The notes under the pieces: generated by a model
Told to the model about the DNA's origin: nothing
Database searches by the model: none
Seen by the model: the letters and a program-made list of their open reading frames with translations, nothing else
Shown here: piece by piece, positions 47,996-57,523 of the stretch
How positions within the stretch are numbered: the stretch's first letter is position 1
Layout of the letters: every line of letters begins with the position of its first letter
Translations under genes and position numbers: made by a program
DNA from: Minisyncoccota bacterium
GTDB lineage: Bacteria > Patescibacteriota > Minisyncoccia > Phycocordibacterales > UBA9973
Direction of reading: 5' to 3'
DNA: 64,000 bases
Assembly (NCBI GenBank): GCA_041648595.1
Contig: JBAZOQ010000001.1
Coordinates: 14,002-78,001, forward strand

Positions 47996-48902
47996 AATAC
48001 ATTCGAATACCTCAGTATTAAAAAAATTAATTACACACAATGGATCTTTTCATACGGATGATGTTTTTGCTGCAGCGACACTTTCCTTAGTGTTAGAAAA
48101 AATGGGAGAAGATTTTGAAATAATTCGTACGCGTGATGAGGAAATTATAAAAAATGGTGATTATGTTTTTGATGTAGGTGGAATTTATGATGAAGAGAAA
48201 AATAGATTTGATCATCATCAAAAAGGTGGAGCTGGTAAAAGATACGAAATAGAATATTCTTCATTTGGTTTGGTTTGGAAGAAATATGGTATAGAACTAA
48301 CAGAATCAGAAAAGATAGTTGAAATAGTAGATAGACATCTCGTGGCTCCTATAGATGCATCAGATAATGGTATTGATTTAGTAGAAAGTAAACATAAAAT
48401 TTTTCCATACTTAATTCAAGATTTTTTTAGAATAATGCGACCTACTTGGAGAGAAACTAATTCTAATATTAATGAAATGTTTTTTAAAAGTGTAGAAATT
48501 GCGAAAGAAATTTTATTACGGGAAATAATTTATGCAAAAGATGCTATCTTAGCTGATGAAGCAATTTTATCAATATACAATAATACAAAAGATAAAAGAT
48601 TTATTGTTTTAGATAAAAATTATGCAAAAAAAGAAATTTTAGAAAAGCTTACTGGAACTCTTTTTGTAGTTTATCCTAGAGAAACTAGTAATACTTGGGG
48701 TGTTGAAGCAATAAGAAAGGATTTTAAAAGTTTTGAAAATAAAAAAAATTTACCAACAAAATGGGGAGGATTTAGAGATGAAGAATTACAAAATATTACA
48801 GGTGTAAAAGATGCAGTATTTTGTCATAAAGCATTATTTATTGCAGTGGCAAAAACAAAAGAAGGAGCGATTAAATTAGCAGAATTAGCAATTTTAAGGT
48901 AA
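47982..48902 (+). CDS. MYG1-family protein
   Basis: THNGSFHTDD, RTRD, DVGG.YD, FDHHQ, FCH...F. Confidence 0.92.
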   Translation: MEMNKIHSNTSVLKKLITHNGSFHTDDVFAAATLSLVLEKMGEDFEIIRTRDEEIIKNGDYVFDVGGIYDEEKNRFDHHQKGGAGKRYEIEYSSFGLVWKKYGIELTESEKIVEIVDRHLVAPIDASDNGIDLVESKHKIFPYLIQDFFRIMRPTWRETNSNINEMFFKSVEIAKEILLREIIYAKDAILADEAILSIYNNTKDKRFIVLDKNYAKKEILEKLTGTLFVVYPRETSNTWGVEAIRKDFKSFENKKNLPTKWGGFRDEELQNITGVKDAVFCHKALFIAVAKTKEGAIKLAELAILR

Positions 48903-48909
48903 ATTATAT

Positions 48910-48940
48910 CTAGTGCCTAGTGCCTAAAGCCTAGTGCCTA
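48910..48940 (+). repeat. Heptamer tandem repeat upstream of obg
   Basis: ctagtgc ctagtgc ctaaagc ctagtgc cta; same units as at 32011-32041. Confidence 0.8.
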
Positions 48941-48945
48941 TTAAC

Positions 48946-49977
48946 ATGGCATTTATAGATGAAATAAAAATATATGGAGAAGCTGGAACTGGTGGGAACG
49001 GTGTTGTTAGATGGCGTCAAGAGAAATTTATACCGAAAGGTGGACCTGCAGGAGGCGATGGTGGACGTGGTGGAGATTTTTATGCGCAGGCTGTTCGCGA
49101 TGTACACATACTTTCAAAATATAAAGCAAAAAAAAGTTTTTACGCAGAAAAAGGTGAGGATGGTGGTAATAAAAGTTTACATGGCAAAAAAGGAGAAGAT
49201 TTCTTTTTGGAATTACCAATAGGATCTATCATTACAAATTTAGATACAGATGAGAGATGGCAGTTACTAAAAGAAGGAGAGAAAATTTTATTATTAAAAG
49301 GTGGGTATGGTGGATTTGGAAATGAACATTTTAAAAGTTCTACTAATACGACTCCAAAAGAATGGCGTCCTGGAGAAGAAGGTGAACATGCTAATTTTCA
49401 TATAGAATTAGAACTTTTTGCTGACATAGGGTTAGTTGGGCTTCCTAATGCCGGTAAATCATCTCTACTTAACTCCATAACGAATGCAGATGCAAAAGTG
49501 GGTGATTATGCCTTTACAACCCTAGATCCTAACCTAGGAGACTTTTATGACTATACCATTGCTGATATCCCAGGACTTATAGAAGGTGCAAATACAGGAA
49601 AAGGATTAGGTGTTAAATTTTTGAGACATATAAAACGTACAAAAATGATTGCGCACCTTGTTTCTTTTGAGAATTTATCTAAGGGTTCTACGGGAATGAT
49701 GAAAGTTTATAAAGAAATTCGTAAAGAATTAGAAAAATATGATAAGAATTTGAAACTCGGAGAGGATGGGTTATCTTTAAAAGATGAAATCATTATTTTG
49801 ACTAAATCTGATATTGTAGAAGATAAAAAAATAATAGAAAGAGAAAAAGATAAATTTAAAAAAATACTTGCCCGTTCTTCTGGTGGAAGTAAAAAAGTTT
49901 TTGTGCTTTCTTTATTTGATGATGATAGTGTAAAAAATTTACGAGATGAACTAGTGAAAATTCTACAAAAGAAATAA
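48946..49977 (+). CDS. obg: GTPase Obg/CgtA
   Basis: FIDE, GGPAGGDGGRGG, GLPNAGKS, FTTLDPNLG, DIPGLIEGA. Confidence 0.97.
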   Translation: MAFIDEIKIYGEAGTGGNGVVRWRQEKFIPKGGPAGGDGGRGGDFYAQAVRDVHILSKYKAKKSFYAEKGEDGGNKSLHGKKGEDFFLELPIGSIITNLDTDERWQLLKEGEKILLLKGGYGGFGNEHFKSSTNTTPKEWRPGEEGEHANFHIELELFADIGLVGLPNAGKSSLLNSITNADAKVGDYAFTTLDPNLGDFYDYTIADIPGLIEGANTGKGLGVKFLRHIKRTKMIAHLVSFENLSKGSTGMMKVYKEIRKELEKYDKNLKLGEDGLSLKDEIIILTKSDIVEDKKIIEREKDKFKKILARSSGGSKKVFVLSLFDDDSVKNLRDELVKILQKK

Positions 49978-50006
49978 AATCCACAGAGGCGTTGCCTCTG
50001 TGGATT
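49978..50006. terminator. 13-bp-stem palindrome directly after obg (REP-like or terminator)
   Basis: aatccacagaggc-gtt-gcctctgtggatt. Confidence 0.65.
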
Positions 50007-50221
50007 ATGGATATTTTTATTTAAAAACATAATATAGCATAAAAAATACCACTGGTGCTACAAAAAAGACGATAAAGAAAAATAAATTCATTTTTTTCTT
50101 TTTCTTTTCGTATTTTTCTTGTTTCTCTCTTTCCGAAAAATATATCATTTTTAGCTCCTTTTAAGTAAGTTTACTATGAATTTCTAATTTAGAGGTTAAC
50201 ATAAATATTAATTTAATCAAC

Positions 50222-50257
50222 TGTCTACCAACCTTACATATGAAAAGATAGTAGACA
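50222..50257. repeat. 36-bp palindrome, left copy
   Basis: tgtctaccaaccttacatatgaaaagatagtagaca. Confidence 0.85.
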
Positions 50258-50278
50258 GTTAGGAATAGTTTCTATATA

Positions 50279-50857
50279 ATGAATATTATGAAAGGAGAAA
50301 TTATTTATAAAATTTTGTCTGTTTTACAAGAAAAAACTTTTTCTGTTATAGACTTAGTTGATGTTTTTGTTAGTTCAGGATATGGAGCAAATATTAACAA
50401 AATAGAATATGAATTTAATAAGAAAAATAAAAAAAGAATTAATAATCAAATAGATAAAGAAAAAATAAGAAAAATAAAAAGATATTTATATAAACTTGAA
50501 AAAGAAGGACTTATATTGAAAAATTTATCAATGAAAATAAATCTGACTCAAAAAGGTAAAAATAAATTAAGTGTATTTAAAAAATCTTTCTTATTAAATA
50601 AAACTAAATATAAAAGAGAAAAAAGTGAAAATATAATTGTAATTAGTTATGATATACCAATAGCATTTAATAAAGAGAGAAATATATTAAGAGATATGTT
50701 GAGATATTTAGATTTTAATTTAATTCATAAGAGTGTTTGGGTTGGGAAAACAAAATTACCAAAAGAGCTGATTGTTGATTTAGAGAATCTTGGAATTTTA
50801 GATTATTTAGAAATTTTAGAAGTTACAAAAAATGGGAGTTTAAAATCAAAAAATTAA
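50279..50857 (+). CDS. PaaX-like protein: winged helix plus Cas2-like ferredoxin-fold domain
   Basis: YKLEKEGLI...LTQKG wHTH; VISYDIP...R..LR..L..L.F..IHKSVW. Confidence 0.75.
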   Translation: MNIMKGEIIYKILSVLQEKTFSVIDLVDVFVSSGYGANINKIEYEFNKKNKKRINNQIDKEKIRKIKRYLYKLEKEGLILKNLSMKINLTQKGKNKLSVFKKSFLLNKTKYKREKSENIIVISYDIPIAFNKERNILRDMLRYLDFNLIHKSVWVGKTKLPKELIVDLENLGILDYLEILEVTKNGSLKSKN

Positions 50858-50898
50858 TTTTTTGATTAAGATTAATTAATATTAGAATTTTTAAAATT

Positions 50899-50934
50899 TG
50901 TCTACTATCTTTACATATGTAAACTTAGTAGACA
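50899..50934. repeat. 36-bp palindrome, right copy (inverted)
   Basis: tgtctactatctttacatatgtaaacttagtagaca; its reverse complement matches the left copy at 32/36. Confidence 0.85.
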
Positions 50935-51010
50935 AAAATGAGATTTATTTAAAATATATATTTTTTGATTTATATTAGCCAATTTAATTTTTATTTTATA
51001 TAATGGAACT

Positions 51011-52546
51011 ATGGAGAAAAAATATTATCCTACAATTGGATTAGAAATTCATGCAGAACTTAAAACAAATACAAAAATGTTTTGTAGTTGTAAGAATAAT
51101 CCTGATGAAGAAAAACCAAACATAAACATTTGTCCAGTCTGTATGGCTCATCCTGGTACTTTGCCTGTAATAAATAAAAAGGCTATAGAAAATGTTATAA
51201 AAGTTGGTTTAGCTATTGGTGGAGATATTGCAGATTTTACTGAGTTTGATCGTAAAAATTATTTTTACCCAGATATTCCAAAAGGGTATCAAATTTCTCA
51301 ATATAAATATCCAATAATTTCTGGAGGACATCTTGCAGATTTTGATGTGACGCGTGTGCATCTAGAAGAAGATACAGCAAATAATAAACATAGAGATGAA
51401 AAATTTACAGACGTTGGACGTCTGTTACAGACGTCCAACGTCTGTAAAGAAGGATATTCTCTTGTTGATTTTAATCGCGCAGGCGTGCCTTTAATGGAGC
51501 TTGTCACGGAACCACATACTTTTAAAACTGATACTGATGCAGCAAAAGCAGCATCTTTATTTGCGAAAGAACTTCAGCTTATACTTTGGTATTTAGGTGT
51601 TTCTGAAGCAAATATGGAAAAAGGTGAAATGCGAGTAGAAGCGAATATTTCTGTTTCTGATAACATAAAAGCTTTTGAGCTTAATCAGCCAGTCGGATTG
51701 TCAGGAAGAATGGAAGCCATTGCTTCTTTAGGTACAAAGGTAGAAGTAAAAAATTTAAATTCATTTAAAAGTGTCGAGAAAGCTATCAAATTTGAATTAG
51801 ACAGAATGATTGCTCTTTATGAAGAAGGAAAAGCAGATGAAATAGTGCAAGAGACTAGAGGTTGGGATGAGAGTAAACAGAAAACATTCTCACAAAGAAA
51901 AAAGGAATCTAGTCATGATTATAGATATTTTCCAGAACCAGATTTACCAAAAATGAAATTGCATGAAGTTTTTAATTTAAAAGCAATGGAAAAAGTATTA
52001 CCAGAATTACCTCAAGCAAAAAGACTAAGATATAAAAATGATTTTGGAGTAAAAAAGGAAGATATTGAAAGTTATATTAATGATAAAGAATTAGGAGGAT
52101 GGTTTGAAGAAATAGCAAAATCATTAAATGATTCTGAAAAAATAAAAATTGCTTCAAATTATATTACCTCTGATTATTTGGGTTTAAAGAAAGCCAACTT
52201 GGAGGCAAGGCCTCCAAGTGCTGCAAATTTTGCTGAATTAATAAACTTAGTTACTGAAAGTAAAATTTCTTCTCGTTCAGCAAAAGACATTTTAGCGATG
52301 ATTGTATTGAAAGATGAATCTTCACTCAAAATTGCAACAGAAAAAGGTTTACTTCAAAAAAATGATGAGGGAGAAATAAGAAATTTAGTTCAAAAGATAA
52401 TTTCTGAAAATCCTGAAGTAGTGGCTATTTATAAAGGTGGAAAAGAAAATGCAATTATGTCTCTTGTTGGAAAAATTATAAAAGAAAGTAATGGCAGTGC
52501 CAATCCACAAATAGTTATCAAAATGTTGAAAGAAATGTTAAAATAA
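51011..52546 (+). CDS. gatB: Asp/Glu-tRNA amidotransferase subunit B with three insertions
   Basis: IGLEIH, FDRKNYFYPD.PKGYQISQ, HLEED, DFNRAG.PL.E, DYRYFPEPD. Confidence 0.97.
   Translation: MEKKYYPTIGLEIHAELKTNTKMFCSCKNNPDEEKPNINICPVCMAHPGTLPVINKKAIENVIKVGLAIGGDIADFTEFDRKNYFYPDIPKGYQISQYKYPIISGGHLADFDVTRVHLEEDTANNKHRDEKFTDVGRLLQTSNVCKEGYSLVDFNRAGVPLMELVTEPHTFKTDTDAAKAASLFAKELQLILWYLGVSEANMEKGEMRVEANISVSDNIKAFELNQPVGLSGRMEAIASLGTKVEVKNLNSFKSVEKAIKFELDRMIALYEEGKADEIVQETRGWDESKQKTFSQRKKESSHDYRYFPEPDLPKMKLHEVFNLKAMEKVLPELPQAKRLRYKNDFGVKKEDIESYINDKELGGWFEEIAKSLNDSEKIKIASNYITSDYLGLKKANLEARPPSAANFAELINLVTESKISSRSAKDILAMIVLKDESSLKIATEKGLLQKNDEGEIRNLVQKIISENPEVVAIYKGGKENAIMSLVGKIIKESNGSANPQIVIKMLKEMLK
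51404..51448. repeat. Perfect 22-bp inverted repeat (palindrome dimer), in frame in gatB
   Basis: tttacagacgttggacgtctgt-t-acagacgtccaacgtctgtaaa. Confidence 0.9.
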
Positions 52547-52555
52547 AGAGACTTG

Positions 52556-52620
52556 TCCCGTTAGAAATTCAGCGGACATGTTATAATGATAATGTTATTA
52601 ATTTAAAATTTCTAATGAGA
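52556..52620 (+). repeat. Start-codon hairpin element, family A variant, upstream of fba
   Basis: TCCCGTTAGAAATT...AATTTCTAATGAG-ATG; colinear with the 18319 copy. Confidence 0.85.
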
Positions 52621-53492
52621 TGAAAACCTTACGTGAATATGTAAAAGAAGCGGAAGAGAAGAAGGTAGCAATAGGTCATTTTAATATTTCAAATTTAGAA
52701 GCCTTGCATGGTATTTATAATGCAGCTAAGAAGTTAAATGTGCCTATAATAATTGGTCTTTCAGAAGGGGAAGAAAATTTTATAGGTAAAGAAGAAGCAG
52801 TAGCTTTAATAAAGGCTATTCGTGAGAGGGATGATTTTCCTATTTTTTTAAATGCAGATCATCATTATAGTTTTGAAAAAGTTAAAGAAGCGTTAGATGC
52901 TGGTTATGATGCAGCTATTATTGATTTAGTAAAATTACCACTTGAAGAAAATATTTTACTTACAAAAAAATGTGTTGATTATGCTAAAGAACTTTCTCAA
53001 AAAGAAAATAGAGATATTTTAGTTGAAGCAGAGCTTGGTTTCATTGGAACTTCTTCAAAAATTTTAGAGGAAATTCCAGAAGGGGTAAGTGAAGCGACTA
53101 TGACAAAAGCAGAAGATGCAAAATATTTTGTAGAAAAAACTGGTATTGATTTGTTGGCACCTTCTGTAGGAAATGTTCATGGAATGGTAAAAGGAGGAAA
53201 CCCTAGACTTAATATAGAAAGAATAAAAAAAATCCGTGCTACTTGTGGTGTACCTCTAGTATTACATGGAGGTTCAGGAATTTCGGATGAAGATTTTACG
53301 AATGCTATAAAAGCAGGTATTTCTATAGTTCATATTAATACTGAGATTCGTGTTGCTTATAAAGAAGCAATAGAAAAATATTTGAAAGAGAATCCAAATG
53401 AAGTTGCACCATATAAAATATTACAACATGCAGTAGAGGCTGTAGAAAAAGTAGTAGAAGCGCGATTGAAGCTTTTTAATAATTTAAAATAG
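52620..53492 (+). CDS. fba: Class II fructose-bisphosphate aldolase
   Basis: NADH, VEAELG, GNVHG, LVLHGGSG, NINTE. Confidence 0.93.
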   Translation: MKTLREYVKEAEEKKVAIGHFNISNLEALHGIYNAAKKLNVPIIIGLSEGEENFIGKEEAVALIKAIRERDDFPIFLNADHHYSFEKVKEALDAGYDAAIIDLVKLPLEENILLTKKCVDYAKELSQKENRDILVEAELGFIGTSSKILEEIPEGVSEATMTKAEDAKYFVEKTGIDLLAPSVGNVHGMVKGGNPRLNIERIKKIRATCGVPLVLHGGSGISDEDFTNAIKAGISIVHINTEIRVAYKEAIEKYLKENPNEVAPYKILQHAVEAVEKVVEARLKLFNNLK

Positions 53493-53500
53493 AAAAAATT

Positions 53501-54091
53501 ATGGAGATAGAAAAACCTTCTTTTGAATTCAGAAAAGAAAAGATAAAATATCAAGGAGAAATCATTGAAGTAGTTCAAGAAACTTTTTTTTCTAATGATA
53601 AAGAGATTAATTTAGAGAAAGGAAGAAGATCTCCAGGTGTTAGATTAATAATAGAAGCACCTGACGGAAAATTTTTAATAAGTAAAGAAGAAAGGCCAAG
53701 ATTTGGTTTAGATTATAGATTGCCAGGTGGTAAGGTTTTTAATTCGCTTTCTGAATTTAATGAATTTTTAAAATCAAAAAAAGATTTAAAGGAAATTTTA
53801 GAAAAAGCGAAAGAAGCAGCAATAAATGAAGCAAAAGAAGAAGTAGGAATTAATCCAACAGAAATGGAAGAATTTTATATCTCTCATTGCGGTGGAAGTT
53901 TTGAATGGGATTTACATTATTTTATTGTTAAAAAATATGAAGAAGTTGGACAAAGTCTTGAAGAACATGAAAAGATAGAACCAACAGTATTATCGAAAGA
54001 AGAATTATTAGAAATAATTTTTTCTGGACAAATGAAAGAAGATAGAAGTGTCGCTGTATTATTAAAATATTTACATAGTAAAGAAAAATAA
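53501..54091 (+). CDS. NUDIX hydrolase
   Basis: LPGG...AAINEAKEEVG Nudix box with an insert. Confidence 0.85.
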   Translation: MEIEKPSFEFRKEKIKYQGEIIEVVQETFFSNDKEINLEKGRRSPGVRLIIEAPDGKFLISKEERPRFGLDYRLPGGKVFNSLSEFNEFLKSKKDLKEILEKAKEAAINEAKEEVGINPTEMEEFYISHCGGSFEWDLHYFIVKKYEEVGQSLEEHEKIEPTVLSKEELLEIIFSGQMKEDRSVAVLLKYLHSKEK

Positions 54092-54167
54092 AAATGTTTT
54101 CACAGATTTTTAACACAATTAAAAGTTTTTTACACATAATTCAAATATTTTTTGATTAAAAAAATGC

Positions 54168-54956
54168 ATGAAAGAAAAGATAGAAATTCAAAATAGAAAA
54201 AATAAAAAAATAGTTGTTGAAATTAATACGCCAGAAAATGTGAAAGGTTTATCTTTTACGTTACATGGTCTTGGTGGTTTTAAAGAACAAATACATATAA
54301 TGGCTCTTTTAGATACACTTTTAAAAAATAATTATATTGTAGTTAATTTTGATGCAACTAATTCTATTGGTGAAAGTGATGGCAAATATGAAGAAGCAAC
54401 AATGCAAAATCACTATGAAGATTTAGTTGATGTTATTAACTGGGCAAAAACTCAGAATTGGTACAAAGAGCCATTTATTTTAGCAGGGCATAGTTTAGGA
54501 GGATTTGCTGTTGCAAAGTACGCAGAAGAATTTCCAAAAGAAGTTAAGGGGGTGTTTCCTTATGCCGCCGTCTATTCTGGTAAAAATAGCTTTGAAGCAT
54601 CAGAAAAATTCAAATCTGAAGAAATTAAAGCATGGAAAGAAACAGGTTGGACACACAGGACTAGTACTTCAAAGCCAGGTACAAAAATGAAACTCCCATG
54701 GTCTCATATGGAAGAAAGACTTAAACATGACTTAAAACCTATGGTTAATAAAATTACAATGCCTGTACTTTTTGTTGTTGGAGAAAATGATACTAGTTGT
54801 CCACCAGAGCATCAAAAAAATTTCTTTGATTTACTGCCAAAAGGAATAGAGAGAGAGTTTCATATTATTAAAGGTGCACCACATACTTTCCATGATTTAG
54901 AACACTTGAATCAATTAAAAGAAATTTTTGATAATTGGTTAAAGAAATTAAAATAA
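54168..54956 (+). CDS. Alpha/beta hydrolase
   Basis: HGLGG, GHSLGG, GEND, GAPH. Confidence 0.9.
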   Translation: MKEKIEIQNRKNKKIVVEINTPENVKGLSFTLHGLGGFKEQIHIMALLDTLLKNNYIVVNFDATNSIGESDGKYEEATMQNHYEDLVDVINWAKTQNWYKEPFILAGHSLGGFAVAKYAEEFPKEVKGVFPYAAVYSGKNSFEASEKFKSEEIKAWKETGWTHRTSTSKPGTKMKLPWSHMEERLKHDLKPMVNKITMPVLFVVGENDTSCPPEHQKNFFDLLPKGIEREFHIIKGAPHTFHDLEHLNQLKEIFDNWLKKLK

Positions 54957-56762
54957 GTGAAAGAAGAAATACTAAAATTTTTTAATGGGGAAGTAGAAGA
55001 TAGCGAAGAAACACTTTTAAAATATTCGCGTGATGCGAGTATTTTTGAATTACGACCAAAGCTTGTTCTTTTCCCTTTGGACTCAAAAGATGTTCAGAAT
55101 TTAGTGAAATGGGTAAGTGAAAATAAAGATAAATATGCCGATCCTGAAAAAAATAAAGATTATAAAAATCTTTCCATTACTTGCAGATGCGCAGGAACAG
55201 ATATGTCAGGTGGTGCTATAGGTGAATCTTTGATTTTGGATTTCACTCGGCATATGAATAAGTTGATACGACCACCTCGCCCTTTGGGCACTCCTCCTTC
55301 AAAAGGAGGAGAAGATTTTTCTCCCCTCCTTGGTGAGGAGGGGGCTGGGGGTGGTGATTATTCCATCACTGTGCAGCCCGGTATGTTTTATCGAGATTTT
55401 GAAAAAATAACTTTAGAAAAAGGACTTATTTTGCCTTGTTACACTGCATCAAAGAGTTTGAATGCTATGGGTGGAATGTTTGGTAATAATTCGGCTGGAG
55501 AGCGAACTCTTAAATATGGGAAAACAGAAGATTATATTTTAGAAACAAAGATAGTTTTTTCTGATGGTAATGAATATATTATAAAACCATTAACTCAAAA
55601 TGAATTAACTAAAAAAATAATGCAGTCAAATTTTGAGAGTGAAATTTATAAAAATATTTATAATTTAATAAATGAAAATAAAGAAGAAATAAAAAATGCC
55701 AAACCAGCGGTCAGTAAAAATTCTGCAGGATATTATATTTGGAATGTAATTGGAGATTTTTTTGATTTAAACAAACTTTTAGTTGGTTCTCAAGGCACAT
55801 TGGGTATAGCTACCGAAATTACTTTTAAACTTGTTAAAAATCCTAAACATTCTAAACTTGTAGTTATTTTTGTTAATGGATTAGAACCATTGGGTCGTCT
55901 TGTGGATGAAATTTTACAATTTAAACCAGAAACACTTGAGACATATGATGATAAAACTATAAAATTAGCAGTTAGATTTTTTCCAGATTTTCTTAAAAAT
56001 AAAGGTCTTCTTGGTATGATAAAATTTATGTGGAGTTTTTTACCTGAATTGAAAATGATGTTCAATAGTCTTTTTGGGGGTGGTTTCCCAAAATTAATTA
56101 TTCTTGCAGAGTTTGCTGGTGAAGATGAATCTATGATAGACAGGCAATGTATTTCTTTAAAAGAAAAGATTTCCGCCAAAGGCGGACCAGCCTCAGGCTG
56201 GAAAAATATAAATGTTCATATTACAAAGTCAGAGATAGAAGCAAATAAATATTGGGATATTAGAAGAGAAAGTTTTTCTTTACTACGTAAACATGTCAAA
56301 GGTCTTCATACTGCTCCATTTATAGATGATATTATAGTTCGTCCAGAATTTTTGCCAAAATTTATTCCTGAGCTTAATCAAATTTTTTCAAAATATGATT
56401 TGAATTATACAATAGCAGGACATATAGGAGATGGTAATCTTCACGTCATTCCTCTTATGGATTTTAAACATCCTGATACACCTAAAATAATAATAGAACT
56501 TGGAGAGAAAGTGTATGATCTTATTATAAAATATCATGGTTCTATTACAGCAGAACACAATGATGGTATAGTTCGTACTTTATATTTAGAAAAAATGTAC
56601 GGGAAAAAGATGGTTGCAATTTTTGGAGAAATAAAAAAAATATTTGATTTGAAAAATATTTTTAATCCAGGTAAAAAAACATTTTCAGAAGATGGTGGTG
56701 GAACAAAAGAATATATGATTTCACATATTGCACTGGAACATAGCGTAATACATAAAGTTTAA
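54957..56762 (+). CDS. FAD-binding oxidoreductase (GlcD/D-lactate dehydrogenase-like) with two palindromic insertions
   Basis: AGTDMSG, GGMFGNNSAG, GSQGTLG, GHIGDGNLH, AEHNDG, FNPGK. Confidence 0.9.
   Translation: MKEEILKFFNGEVEDSEETLLKYSRDASIFELRPKLVLFPLDSKDVQNLVKWVSENKDKYADPEKNKDYKNLSITCRCAGTDMSGGAIGESLILDFTRHMNKLIRPPRPLGTPPSKGGEDFSPLLGEEGAGGGDYSITVQPGMFYRDFEKITLEKGLILPCYTASKSLNAMGGMFGNNSAGERTLKYGKTEDYILETKIVFSDGNEYIIKPLTQNELTKKIMQSNFESEIYKNIYNLINENKEEIKNAKPAVSKNSAGYYIWNVIGDFFDLNKLLVGSQGTLGIATEITFKLVKNPKHSKLVVIFVNGLEPLGRLVDEILQFKPETLETYDDKTIKLAVRFFPDFLKNKGLLGMIKFMWSFLPELKMMFNSLFGGGFPKLIILAEFAGEDESMIDRQCISLKEKISAKGGPASGWKNINVHITKSEIEANKYWDIRRESFSLLRKHVKGLHTAPFIDDIIVRPEFLPKFIPELNQIFSKYDLNYTIAGHIGDGNLHVIPLMDFKHPDTPKIIIELGEKVYDLIIKYHGSITAEHNDGIVRTLYLEKMYGKKMVAIFGEIKKIFDLKNIFNPGKKTFSEDGGGTKEYMISHIALEHSVIHKV
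55271..55355 (+). repeat. GC-rich in-frame multi-hairpin insertion
   Basis: accacc...ctcctccttcaaaaggaggag...cccctccttggtgaggagggg...ggtggt. Confidence 0.85.
56172..56201 (+). repeat. 30-bp in-frame double-hairpin insertion
   Basis: tccgcc-aaa-ggcgga ccagcc-tca-ggctgg (SAKGGPASGW). Confidence 0.85.
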
Positions 56763-56810
56763 AAATCAATTTATATTTGCTTTTTTTATATTTTTATATA
56801 TAATGTTTTT

Positions 56811-57476
56811 ATGTTTGTAATTAAAGCTAAAAAAAGAAACGAAGGTATTAATTTAGATACATTAAGAAATGAAGGAGAGATTCCAGCTGTTTTTTATGGT
56901 ATGGGAAAAGCTACTACTTCTATTTCTATACCGACAGTTGAATTTAAAAAAATTTGGAGAGAAGCAGGAGAATCTTCTACTATAAAAGTATCAATCGGTG
57001 ATAATAACATTGATGTTTTAATTCATGATGTACAAGTACATCCAGTTACAGATGAGCCTATTCATGTAGATTTTCTTGTTGTAGATATGAATAAAAAGAT
57101 TAAAGTTAATGTACCACTAGAATATATTGGAATATCTAATGTTGTAAAGAATGGTTTAGGAAATCTTGTAAAAGTACTTCATGAAGTAGAAATTGAAGCA
57201 TTACCAAAAGATCTTCCACATAATCTTATTATTGATATATCTAAACTAGAAACAATAGATGACCAAGTTTTTGTCTCTGATATAAAATTACCTATTGGTG
57301 TTGTTTTAATTACTGATCTAAACGAAGTTGTTGCTTCTGTTGTTCTTCAAGTAGAAGAAAAAGAAGAAGTCATTGCTCCAATTGATTTATCTGCAATTGA
57401 AGTTGAAAAGAAAGGTAAGAAAGAAGAGGAAGGAGGAGAAGCAGTAGAATCTGAAGTAGAAGCAGAAAAGAAATAA
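56811..57476 (+). CDS. rplY: 50S ribosomal protein bL25/Ctc
   Basis: IPAVFYG, Q.HPV....HVDF, P.DLP. Confidence 0.93.
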   Translation: MFVIKAKKRNEGINLDTLRNEGEIPAVFYGMGKATTSISIPTVEFKKIWREAGESSTIKVSIGDNNIDVLIHDVQVHPVTDEPIHVDFLVVDMNKKIKVNVPLEYIGISNVVKNGLGNLVKVLHEVEIEALPKDLPHNLIIDISKLETIDDQVFVSDIKLPIGVVLITDLNEVVASVVLQVEEKEEVIAPIDLSAIEVEKKGKKEEEGGEAVESEVEAEKK

Positions 57477-57523
57477 TCTTCCAAAGGCGGACAGGTTTTC
57501 TAAAATATGTTAAAATAAAGACT

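Noticed and set aside
50219-50937. CRISPR locus (Cas2-like gene plus 36-bp repeats)
   Set aside because: Only two repeats, inverted and separated by a gene; no spacers and no cas1.
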